This document shows, piece by piece, positions 18,530 to 27,040 of a stretch of DNA of 52,462 nucleotides. The notes beneath the pieces are model-generated. The model saw only the letters and a list, made by a program, of their open reading frames with translations. It did not search any database and was not told the DNA's origin. Each line of letters starts with the position of its first letter. Position 1 is the first letter of the stretch. Source of the DNA: Armatimonadota bacterium (GTDB taxonomy: Bacteria; Sysuimicrobiota; Sysuimicrobiia; Sysuimicrobiales; Humicultoraceae); contig JBBIOM010000011.1 in NCBI GenBank assembly GCA_037443365.1, positions 1 through 52,462 of the forward strand. The letters are read 5' to 3'. The position numbers were made by a program, and so were the translations under genes.

Positions 18530-19027
18530 CTACGGGGCCACGACGATCCGTCCGGCCATGCCGGACTCGCGGTGCCCCGTGATGCTGCAGAAGAAGGCAT
18601 ACGTGCCCGGCCGGACGGCCCGAATCGCGCCCGCAGCCGTCTGCCCTGGTGGGGCAACGAGCCGGAAGCGCAGTCCCGGCACGGTGATGTCGTGCACGAC
18701 ATTCCCCTTGTTCACCAGGCTGATGTTGACCACCTCGCCGGTCCTGATCTGCACCTCTACCGGATTGAACGAGAAGTCCGCCGCGACGACCTCAACGGTC
18801 CGGGCGCCGGGGGCAGGCGGGAGCGCCCATGCGCCCATCCCAGGCCGGGCCCAGGGCCCGCGCACGTGATGCCGCCACATGCCGCCTGGCACGGGCCAGC
18901 GGTCCGGGCCCCACCCGCTTCCAGGGGCTCCATCCCATGCGGCCCTGCCCACGCAGAAGAGCCCGATGACACCGACTACGATCAGCGCAACACCCAGCAA
19001 CACTAGGTTTCGCATCGCCCTGTTCAT
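18530..19027 (-). CDS. Membrane-anchored cupredoxin (type 1 copper)
   Basis: N-terminal TM helix; VHD...FFCSITGHRESGM supplies His/Cys/His/Met ligands. Confidence 0.88.
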   Translation of the reverse strand: MNRAMRNLVLLGVALIVVGVIGLFCVGRAAWDGAPGSGWGPDRWPVPGGMWRHHVRGPWARPGMGAWALPPAPGARTVEVVAADFSFNPVEVQIRTGEVVNISLVNKGNVVHDITVPGLRFRLVAPPGQTAAGAIRAVRPGTYAFFCSITGHRESGMAGRIVVAP

Positions 19028-19037
19028 CCGCCTTCAC

Positions 19038-19412
19038 CTAGGAGAGTTCCTTCTTGATAGCGTCATACTCCTCGCGCGTGACCTCGCCCCTGGCAAGGCG
19101 GCGCTTCAAGATCTCCAGCGGCGTCTCATCGCGCCCGGCAGGCGTACCCGCCCCATCGCGCCGAACGAGCGACGCGATCACGAGTCCGATTCCCGCGAGT
19201 ATCAACAGCCAGAAGAACATACCGAGAAACGGCATCCACCAACCTCCCCCCACACCCTCTGTGGCCCACGGCGCGCCGAACCACCCTCCGCCCATCATGC
19301 CTGGGCCCATCATGCCTGTCCTGCCCATCATCCCGATGCCGCCGAGCAGCGGCAGCAGGATGAGCACACCGACTACCACGAGCGCGACAATCCCAACATC
19401 GCGACCGCTCAT
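19038..19412 (-). CDS. SHOCT domain membrane protein, Met/Gly-rich
   Basis: Two TM helices, GMMG repeats and C-terminal PLEILKRRLARGEVTREEY; RBS GGGGAGG. Confidence 0.9.
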   Translation of the reverse strand: MSGRDVGIVALVVVGVLILLPLLGGIGMMGRTGMMGPGMMGGGWFGAPWATEGVGGGWWMPFLGMFFWLLILAGIGLVIASLVRRDGAGTPAGRDETPLEILKRRLARGEVTREEYDAIKKELS

Positions 19413-19536
19413 CTTCCGCACCTCCCCTTATCGCCTCGGGCAGGAAACCGAGCGTCCGGTGCGCTGCCCGGATTCACGCCCGCCGAGTATACTGACGATG
19501 GCGAGGCCCAGAGTCTTCCCGCCACCACCCGGCGGC

Positions 19537-19607
19537 TCTCAATCGCATCTCCCAGACTACGGGGTGGCGGTGCAGAAGACGTGAATCAGATGCGAATGTT
19601 TGGTGAA
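19537..19607. promoter_or_regulatory. Candidate OmpR-type binding sites (11-bp-period direct repeats)
   Basis: GTGAA/GCGAA/GTGAA at 19581, 19592 and 19603; TCTC pair at 19537 and 19548; minus-strand -10 TATACT at 19491-19486. Confidence 0.45.
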
Positions 19608-19627
19608 GATGGGTCGGGTGACGCGCC

Positions 19628-20704
19628 GTGAAGACCAGGGGCGCGGGTGACGCCTCGTTCCTCGCCGCGCTTCTCGACGCCAGGACTGCCGAAGGCGTCC
19701 TCTGCGAGCACCTGCAGGACGGCAAGGTGCGCTGTGTCGCCTGCGGGCACCGGTGCGTGGTCCTGCCGGGCCGCCGCGGCATCTGCCAGGTGCGCTTCAA
19801 CGCCGACGGAACGCTGCGTGTCCCCTGGGGATACGTCGTCGGGCTGCAGTGCGATCCGACCGAGAAGAAGCCCTTCCACCACGTGCTGCCGGGCTCGATG
19901 ACGCTAACCTTCGGGATGCTGGGCTGCAGCCTGCACTGCCCGGGATGCCAGAACTGGGTGACCTCTCAGGCGCTGCGCGATCCCGCGGCAGGGATCGCGC
20001 CCGAGGAGATCTCGCCCGAAGATCTCGTGGCGTCGGGGCTGCGGTACGGCGCGCGCCTGGTAGCCAGTTCCTACAATGAGCCGCTGATCACGTCCGAGTG
20101 GGCGGTGTCGGTCTTCGCGGAGGCGCGCCGGGCGGGGCTGCGCACCGCCTTCGTGAGCAACGGCAACGCCACGCCCGAGGTCCTGAGCTACCTGCGCCCA
20201 TGGTGCGACTGCTTCAAGATTGACCTGAAGTCCATGAATCCCAGGAACTACCGCGCGCTGGGGGGTGTGCTCGAGCGCGTGCTCGCGGCGATCCGGATGG
20301 TCCATGCCATGGGCTTCTGGCTGGAGATCGTCACGCTGGTCATCCCCGGGTGGAACGACTCGGACGCGGAGCTGGCAGAGGCTGCCCGCTTCATCGTCTC
20401 GGTCTCGCCGGACATCCCGTGGCACGTCACCGCGTTCCATGCCGACTACAGGATGCTGGACCGGCCGAGCACCCGGCCCGCGACGCTGCTGAGGGCGGCG
20501 CGGATCGGCCAGGCCGAGGGGTTGCGGTACGTGTACGCCGGCAACCTGCCCGGGCAGGTGGGAAACTACGAGAACACTTGCTGTCCCTTCTGCCGGGTGG
20601 TGCTGGTGGAGCGCAGCGGGTACCACATCCGGCGGAATCGCATGCACTCATCCGGTGGGCGCTGTCCGGACTGCGGGCAGGCAGTCGCCGGGATATGGGT
20701 GTAG
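19628..20704 (+). CDS. amrS: AmmeMemoRadiSam system radical SAM enzyme
   Basis: CVACGHRC...GICQVR, DPTEKKPF, CSLHCPGCQNW, SYNEP, YVYAGN and C-terminal CPFC/CPDC. Confidence 0.92.
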   Translation: MKTRGAGDASFLAALLDARTAEGVLCEHLQDGKVRCVACGHRCVVLPGRRGICQVRFNADGTLRVPWGYVVGLQCDPTEKKPFHHVLPGSMTLTFGMLGCSLHCPGCQNWVTSQALRDPAAGIAPEEISPEDLVASGLRYGARLVASSYNEPLITSEWAVSVFAEARRAGLRTAFVSNGNATPEVLSYLRPWCDCFKIDLKSMNPRNYRALGGVLERVLAAIRMVHAMGFWLEIVTLVIPGWNDSDAELAEAARFIVSVSPDIPWHVTAFHADYRMLDRPSTRPATLLRAARIGQAEGLRYVYAGNLPGQVGNYENTCCPFCRVVLVERSGYHIRRNRMHSSGGRCPDCGQAVAGIWV

Positions 20705-20780
20705 CCGTGCGCCGCGGGCCGCCTCTTCGCGGTCCGCCTCCATAAACGCCGGGCTACTCTTGGGTGTCCAACGCAGTGAC

Positions 20781-21773
20781 ATGTCAAGGCGCGCGCATTC
20801 ACCGTGCCTGCCGCTCGCCCTGGTAGCGCTGCTGGCGGCCGTTGCCGCTTCGCCGGCCCTGTGCCCTGGCGGCGTCGCTGCTGCTCAGGGCCGCGGACCC
20901 GCAAGCCGCACAGGTTCGATTCACCACGCCGGCATCGAACGCACCTACCGCATCCACGTGCCCTCGTCGGCGGGCAGGGCCGGCCCGGTGCCTCTGGTCC
21001 TCGCCCTGCACGGCGGCGGAGGGAACGGCGCCGGCATGGAGGCGCTCACGCTGGGAGGGCTTAACCGGCTGTCGGAGACAGCCGGCTTCGTGGTGGTCTA
21101 TCCGGACGGCGTGGACCGGCACTGGAACGACGGCAGGGGAGTCCCGGAATATCGCGCGCACAGGGAGAACGTGGACGACGTCGGGTTCATGGCGGCCCTC
21201 ATAGAGCACCTGGCGCGGACGCAGGGCGTTGACCGCCTCCGCGTGTACGCGACAGGAATCAGCAACGGCGGGCTGCTGTCAATGCGGTTGGCCCACGAAC
21301 TCTCGCAGGGCATCGCGGCAATCGCGCCCGTGGCCATCTCCATAACCGACAAGATCGCCGCGATGCGCCAGCCAGCCAGGCCGGTTCCGATCGTGCTGAT
21401 CCCGGGGGTCAACGATCCCCTGGTCCCGTGGGAGGGCGGGAACCTGGGGTTCCCGGGCGGCCGCGCCGTTGGCAGGGTGCTGTCGGTGACCGACACAGTG
21501 CGGTACTGGGTCACGCACAACCGCTGCGCGCCCTCGCCCGGCGTCACCCTGGAGCCCGACCGGGATCCGCGCGACGGCACGCGCGTGCGCCGTGAGTCCT
21601 ACTCAGGGTGCCAGGACGGCGCCGATGTGATCGTGTACGCGGTCGAGGGCGGCGGGCATACCTGGCCCGGGGGGCTCCAGTATCTCCCGGAGCGCGTGAT
21701 CGGCAGGACAAGCCGGGACATCTACGCCAACGAGGTCATCTGGGAGTTCTTCAGGCGGCACTCCATCAGGTGA
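20781..21773 (+). CDS. Secreted PHB depolymerase/LpqC-family esterase
   Basis: Signal peptide, LALHGGGG, VVYPDG, VDDVGF, GISNGG nucleophile elbow and GGGHTWPG. Confidence 0.9.
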   Translation: MSRRAHSPCLPLALVALLAAVAASPALCPGGVAAAQGRGPASRTGSIHHAGIERTYRIHVPSSAGRAGPVPLVLALHGGGGNGAGMEALTLGGLNRLSETAGFVVVYPDGVDRHWNDGRGVPEYRAHRENVDDVGFMAALIEHLARTQGVDRLRVYATGISNGGLLSMRLAHELSQGIAAIAPVAISITDKIAAMRQPARPVPIVLIPGVNDPLVPWEGGNLGFPGGRAVGRVLSVTDTVRYWVTHNRCAPSPGVTLEPDRDPRDGTRVRRESYSGCQDGADVIVYAVEGGGHTWPGGLQYLPERVIGRTSRDIYANEVIWEFFRRHSIR

Positions 21774-21788
21774 TGATTCGGGCCACGC

Positions 21789-23093
21789 CTACGGCAGGGC
21801 GCCGCTCCGGCTGATCTGTGCGTACAGCGCCGCGCTGGGGCGTGGCGTGCGCACCTGGGTCGCGGGGTCCAGGGCGAACAGGCCGAAGCGCAGGCTCCAC
21901 CCGTCGGCCCATTCGAAGTTGTCCACCAGCGCCCAGTGGTAGTAGCCGCGCACAGGGCATCCTTCCTCGATCGCCTGGGCCACGCGGCGCAGGTGTTCGA
22001 CGATGAAACCGGGCCGGAGGTCGTCGTCGGCGTCGGGCAGGCCGTTCTCGGTGATGTAAAGGGGCAATCCGTACCGCCGAACGGCCCGAAGCACGGCCAG
22101 CAGCCCGTCGGGATAGATCTCGCCGTAGCCGCCGTCGCTGATCAATGCGCCAGGAGGCGGCTCGTCGCGCACGAACAGGTGCGCGGGCCGGCGCAGATCG
22201 AACGCCACGCGGCTGCGCGTGTAGTAGTTGACGCCCAGGAAGTCGAGCGTGCCGGCCGCCTGTGGAATCCGAAAGCGAACTCCGGCAGGTCCTATCAGTC
22301 TTCCCGTTTCAAGCGCGTCGAGATACATCCAGTTGACGATCTGGTCGAGCCGTCGCGCTACCCACCGGTCGAGAGGCGAGCGCGGGCCGGCCGGCTCGGC
22401 CGGCCGCAGGTACGCGGCCAGGCCCACGCGGGCCCGCGGCTGCACCGCGTGCACGGCATGATAGGCGGCCGCGTGGGCCTGCACCGAACGCACCAGCGCA
22501 CGCGTGAACGCGACGAGACCCTGCCTTCCCGGCGCAAAGCGTCCCAGAACGTAGGCGCTGACGAGATGCCCGACCGGCTCGTTCAACGTGATCCAGAAGT
22601 CAACCAGCGGCACCCCATTGCGTGCCTCCCGGCCCGCGGTCCCGGCGAACCGGCCCGCGAACGCGCCGAACGCCGGCACGATCCCGTCCCAAAGCCACCC
22701 GCCACGCTCGGCTACCCACCGCGGCAGCGTGAAGTGGTTCAGGGTGACCAGCGGCTCGATTCCCCGGTCGCGCAGGCCGCGCAGCATCTCGACGTAGCGC
22801 TCCTCCGCGGCGTGGTCCCACCGGCCCTCCTGGGGTTCGAGCCGCGCCCACTCGACCGACAGGCGCAGGGCGTTCTGGTGCAGGGCGACCATCCGGTCGA
22901 AGTCGGCCTCGGCGTTCTGCCACCAGTCGCAGGCCAGGCCTGACCGGTCGCCGCCCAGGATGCGCCCGGGCTGCTGCTCCCAGGCCCACCAGTCGCTGGC
23001 CGTGCCGTTGCCCTCGAACTGGTAGGCGCTCGCAGCGGTGCCCCACCGGAACCCACTTGGAAAGCGCGTGCGCAAAGGGGTCGTCCTCTGCAT
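21789..23093 (-). CDS. Glycoside hydrolase family 1 (beta-glucosidase/galactosidase)
   Basis: FRWGTAASAYQFEG, TLNHF, TLNEP acid/base, ITENG nucleophile and DNFEW. Confidence 0.95.
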   Translation of the reverse strand: MQRTTPLRTRFPSGFRWGTAASAYQFEGNGTASDWWAWEQQPGRILGGDRSGLACDWWQNAEADFDRMVALHQNALRLSVEWARLEPQEGRWDHAAEERYVEMLRGLRDRGIEPLVTLNHFTLPRWVAERGGWLWDGIVPAFGAFAGRFAGTAGREARNGVPLVDFWITLNEPVGHLVSAYVLGRFAPGRQGLVAFTRALVRSVQAHAAAYHAVHAVQPRARVGLAAYLRPAEPAGPRSPLDRWVARRLDQIVNWMYLDALETGRLIGPAGVRFRIPQAAGTLDFLGVNYYTRSRVAFDLRRPAHLFVRDEPPPGALISDGGYGEIYPDGLLAVLRAVRRYGLPLYITENGLPDADDDLRPGFIVEHLRRVAQAIEEGCPVRGYYHWALVDNFEWADGWSLRFGLFALDPATQVRTPRPSAALYAQISRSGALP

Positions 23094-23187
23094 GTGGAAC
23101 TCCGCGTGCAGAACCCGGCTCCAGGGTGGCTTCACGGCAGGCCGTGCCGCTTCCTTCCGGCGAGCCGGCTCGAAAGGGGGGACGACG

Positions 23188-23739
23188 ATGGAGATCGCGG
23201 GGCTGCAGGGAGAGAAGGTGCGGTTGGTCCCCGTGGACCGCGCACTGCACTTCGATAACGCGCTGCGGTGGATGAACGACCCGGAGGTCACCCGGCATCT
23301 GAACTTGTCCACCGGTGTAACCCCGGGCATGGAGGAAGAGTGGTTCCAGAGAGCGCAGAAGCGGGAGGGGGACTACGTCTGGGCGATCCACGACGAGCGC
23401 AACCGGCATATCGGCTTCACCGGCCTCCACGCCATTGACTGGAGGCAGCGGCGCGCCACAAGCGGCATCGTCATCGGGGACAAGGATTCGTGGGGACGCG
23501 GATACGCCACCGATACGATGCGGGTGCGCACGAAGTTCGCCTTCGAGACCCTCAACCTGCACCGGGTCGAGTCCGAGGCACTCGCCGAGAACCAGGCCAG
23601 CCAGCAGGCATTGGAGAAGGCAGGCTACAGGCGCGAGGGCGTCTTCCGCAAGCGGATCTGGGCCGAGGGCCGGTGGCACGACACCGTGCGGTACGCGATC
23701 CTGGACGAGGACTACTTCGCGGCCAGGGGTGAGGGCTAG
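23188..23739 (+). CDS. GNAT acetyltransferase, RimJ/RimL family
   Basis: IGDKDSWGRGYAT, FETLNLHRV, LEKAGYRREG and GRWHD. Confidence 0.92.
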   Translation: MEIAGLQGEKVRLVPVDRALHFDNALRWMNDPEVTRHLNLSTGVTPGMEEEWFQRAQKREGDYVWAIHDERNRHIGFTGLHAIDWRQRRATSGIVIGDKDSWGRGYATDTMRVRTKFAFETLNLHRVESEALAENQASQQALEKAGYRREGVFRKRIWAEGRWHDTVRYAILDEDYFAARGEG

Positions 23740-24179
23740 AACCCGTGTCCCGCCCCCTTGTGGCATGCGAAGCAGAACCTTGAGGGTGCCGTGCTGCGCG
23801 GCTCGATCATCGCCACCATGCGCGTGTGGCAGGCCTGGCAGTTCGCCGTCAGAACCCGCTGGTTCGACGGCCTGATCCGGACCGTCTGGACATCCTTGAA
23901 GGTGAAGGCGTACGCGTGCAGGAAGCCGTTCCTGGCCTTGGATAGGTACTTGGCCGCCCCAGAGGCGGGCACGTGGCACTGGTTGCAGCTGACCGTGCGG
24001 TGCGTCGCCACCGCCCAGGTGTCGTAGTTGTCGCGCATGATGTGGCAGTTGACGCAGGCCGCGGGATCGTCCAGCAGGTACGAGTAGCCCTTGCCGTAGA
24101 CGAACGTGTAAGCGCCCAGGCCGAGCACGGTGCCGGCCAGAAAGGCCAGCGCCAGGCCTGCACCGGTCCAGGGGCGCAC
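23736..24179 (-). CDS. nrfH: Cytochrome c nitrite reductase small subunit (tetraheme, NapC/NirT family)
   Basis: N-terminal TM helix; CVNCHIM, CNQCH, CQACH and CFACH. Confidence 0.93.
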   Translation of the reverse strand: MRPWTGAGLALAFLAGTVLGLGAYTFVYGKGYSYLLDDPAACVNCHIMRDNYDTWAVATHRTVSCNQCHVPASGAAKYLSKARNGFLHAYAFTFKDVQTVRIRPSNQRVLTANCQACHTRMVAMIEPRSTAPSRFCFACHKGAGHGF

Positions 24180-24190
24180 AGGTAGTTCCC

Positions 24191-25495
24191 CTACCGCCGC
24201 GGCCGCGGCGCCCGAAGCGCGGCGATCTCGGCCTGCCTGGCACGATCAATCGCGTCGCCCAGAACCCGGACCGCCTCCTGCGGGCTGTGGAAGCCCATGC
24301 TGTTCTCGGCGCTGATGAAGTCCCACCGGATCTGCGCCCGACGGTGCAGCGCGCGCGCCTCGGCGAGCGCCTGGTCGGTTGCGCCCTCGGATGCCGCCTT
24401 CTCTATCGCCGCCACGGCGTCTGTGATCGCCCGCTCCGCCTGCGACAGCAACTGATAGGTCCGGTCCTGGGCCTCCAGGATGCGCGCGCGCAGCTCGGCC
24501 TCGGACTGGCGATGGCAGGTGGCGCAGACGTTCTGCACGTTCATCAGGGGCGAGCGGATCCAGTGGTCGGTGACCTTGACCGAGCCCACCCGCCTGTAGG
24601 GCATGTGGCAGTCCGCGCAGCCCACACCGGAGCGGGCGTGGTTTCCGCTGGACCACAGCTCGAACTCGGGATGCTGAATCTTGATCATCGGGGCCTTTGT
24701 GATCGCGTGCTCCCAGTCCTTGAACTTGATCTCGTCGTAGTAGGCCTCGATGTTCTCGATCCGGAGTCCCTTGGACCACGGGAACACGAGGTACTTCTCG
24801 GTGGCCCCGCGGAAGTAGTACTCCACGTGGCACTGCGCGCACACATACGTCCGCATCTCCTGCCTGCTGGCGGCGCCGACGTCGATCCCCCTGGCCCTCA
24901 TCGCCTCGGCGAACGCCGGCCGGGACAGGCGCAGGGCCATTGTCTTGGAATCGTGGCAATCGGCGCAGGAGATGGCGTGCTTGATGTTGTTCTGTGCGAT
25001 CAGTTCCTTCATGGGGGTGGCGTAGAACCGGGCTGCGCCCAACCTCTTCATCAAGCGGGGCACATCGCTGGACTTGCAGGTCATGCATGTTCCCGGCTTG
25101 GCGTCGCCCAGCCGCTTGGTCTCCTGCACGGCGCGGAGCGCCTGGAGGTGCCCCTGCTCCTCCCGGTAGTCCACGCCAAAGGGGTTCCCCGCGAAGACCT
25201 TGACGAGATCAGGGTGCCGGTCGAGCTTCGAGAACGCCTCTGATCCGCCGTAGCGCCCGAACTCGCTGTACCTGACAAGCTCGGAGGTGCGCACCGTCTT
25301 GATGTACGCCTCGTACTGGTCTGGGAAGTTGCGCCCCCACACCGCGGGATCCGGCTCGTCCTCGGCCACGTCCACGATCCGGAAGTAGGTCAGGCGGGAT
25401 TCCTGCTGCCGGATGACAATCGTCACCAGCAGCGCCGCGAGACCCACTGCAAGGGCGATCCCAAGCACCACGACCACAAGGTGGCGGCTGCGCAT
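24191..25495 (-). CDS. nrfA: Ammonia-forming cytochrome c nitrite reductase, pentaheme
   Basis: CMTCK plus four CxxCH; CAQCHVEYYF, KIQHPEFE and ENSMGFH. Confidence 0.96.
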   Translation of the reverse strand: MRSRHLVVVVLGIALAVGLAALLVTIVIRQQESRLTYFRIVDVAEDEPDPAVWGRNFPDQYEAYIKTVRTSELVRYSEFGRYGGSEAFSKLDRHPDLVKVFAGNPFGVDYREEQGHLQALRAVQETKRLGDAKPGTCMTCKSSDVPRLMKRLGAARFYATPMKELIAQNNIKHAISCADCHDSKTMALRLSRPAFAEAMRARGIDVGAASRQEMRTYVCAQCHVEYYFRGATEKYLVFPWSKGLRIENIEAYYDEIKFKDWEHAITKAPMIKIQHPEFELWSSGNHARSGVGCADCHMPYRRVGSVKVTDHWIRSPLMNVQNVCATCHRQSEAELRARILEAQDRTYQLLSQAERAITDAVAAIEKAASEGATDQALAEARALHRRAQIRWDFISAENSMGFHSPQEAVRVLGDAIDRARQAEIAALRAPRPRR

Positions 25496-25647
25496 GGCTT
25501 GTGGGCCCCCTTTGGTTCCGACGATCCAGACGAGCAGTTCCCGAGCGATCATGAAGGGAGTTCAACCGTGGCGGCAGTTTCCCTCCCCGCCGGATTGCCT
25601 CGCCTGAAGGAATAGGGCGGCGCTGCGGGAACGAATCCGGCGGGACC

Positions 25648-26400
25648 ATGTCCAGCCACTTCACCGCCATAGGCTTCCCGGTGCGCGACGTGCGCGAGTA
25701 CTGGGCGCTTGCCCGACGGGCTGCGCAGACCGGCAGCCGCGTCGCGGGCGAGGGCGGGCACCTTCTGGTGCGTTGGGCCCCGGGCGGGGGACCGGAGATC
25801 TGGGTGCAGACCGACGAGGCGGGCGAGGCCCTGATCGCCACGCCGTTCTTCGCCACCGACGACGTGTGCCGCATCGCGCTGACCGGCGCAGGCCCGTCCG
25901 ACGACGGCGGCTTTGAAGGATGGGCTGACGGGTGGCTCAACCCCACCGACGACGACGAGCCCTACTCAGGGGTCTTCCCCCTGCGCGTTGACCTGGTGAA
26001 CTACCTGGCCGTCAGGGAACGGCTGCGCCCGGGACGCGTGATCACGGTGCGCCTGGCGTTGATCCTGCACGAGGCCACCCTGTACCCGGACGCGCGCGCC
26101 TACGAGGCGGTCAGGGAGTTCTCGTACCTGCCGCTGGTCCAATCGTTCGCATCGAGCATCCACCACGGGGCGGACGAGCCGTCCGGCGACGCCGACGCCA
26201 CGGCGCTGGTCACCGGGTACATCGCTGAGGCGCACGATCTGGCCAACGCTGCCAGCGGCGAGCGCTTCTGGTGGATGCGCATCGCCACGGCCGGGGTCAC
26301 CCTCTCGCTGGCCGCCGACCGCGGAGTGCTGCCGGCGGATCCCCGCCCCGGGCAGGTGCTCTCGGGCAGCGGGTGGGTGCTGGGCGAGGCGTTACCCTAG
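25648..26400 (+). CDS. Hypothetical protein
   Basis: Host-like codon usage; N-terminus MSSHFTAIGF; probable beta-rich C-terminus; no function assignable. Confidence 0.75.
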   Translation: MSSHFTAIGFPVRDVREYWALARRAAQTGSRVAGEGGHLLVRWAPGGGPEIWVQTDEAGEALIATPFFATDDVCRIALTGAGPSDDGGFEGWADGWLNPTDDDEPYSGVFPLRVDLVNYLAVRERLRPGRVITVRLALILHEATLYPDARAYEAVREFSYLPLVQSFASSIHHGADEPSGDADATALVTGYIAEAHDLANAASGERFWWMRIATAGVTLSLAADRGVLPADPRPGQVLSGSGWVLGEALP

Positions 26401-26985
26401 GATGAGGTCCTCGTCCACCCGACGGTAGTCGTGCATCTCCTGGGGGGAGAACCACAGCGCCATCTCAGAGGCTGCCTCTTCGAGCGTCCCCGAGGCATGA
26501 ACCAGGTTGCGCACCGGGCGCTTCTGCAGGTTGGCGACCGCCGGGGAGTCAGCGGACAGGTCGCCCCTTATCGTTCCGGGCGCGGCGCGGTAGGGCAGCG
26601 TGTCGCCCACGATCTTGCGGGCCACCGAGACGGCGTGCGTGCCTTCCAGCACGAACGCGACCACCGGCCCTGACGCGACGAACTCGATCAGCCACTGCCG
26701 TACCTGCCGCCCGATGGCCAGGGGATCGTCGGTGCCCGCCTCGCGCCGGACGTCCAGGCCGGCTGCCTCGAACGCCTCGCGCGTCTTGCCGCCGATCGTG
26801 CGCAGGAATCCTTCGTCCGCCGGGTAGTGACGCTCGAGCAGTTCAGGCGCCGCGCGCATCATCTTCAGGCCGATCACCTTCAATCCCGCGCCCTCAAACC
26901 GTCCCAGGATCTTCCCGATCAACCCGCGCTGGACGCCGTCCGGCTTCAGGAAGACGAGGGTGCGCTCACGTCGCGCATCGGGCAT
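26392..26985 (-). CDS. ndk: Nucleoside diphosphate kinase (long form with insertion)
   Basis: ERTLVFLKPDGVQRGLIG, PGTIRGD and RNLVHAS; RBS GGAGG. Confidence 0.95.
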   Translation of the reverse strand: MPDARRERTLVFLKPDGVQRGLIGKILGRFEGAGLKVIGLKMMRAAPELLERHYPADEGFLRTIGGKTREAFEAAGLDVRREAGTDDPLAIGRQVRQWLIEFVASGPVVAFVLEGTHAVSVARKIVGDTLPYRAAPGTIRGDLSADSPAVANLQKRPVRNLVHASGTLEEAASEMALWFSPQEMHDYRRVDEDLILG

Positions 26986-27023
26986 GCTGCACCTCCATGT
27001 GGTCACGTCGGACTCGACGCCGG

Positions 27024-27029
27024 TATAAT
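27024..27029 (+). promoter_or_regulatory. -10 element TATAAT
   Basis: Consensus TATAAT 11 nt before ATG 27041, in the divergent ndk/DUF3048 gap; no SD. Confidence 0.5.
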
Positions 27030-27040
27030 GTTACCCGCAC

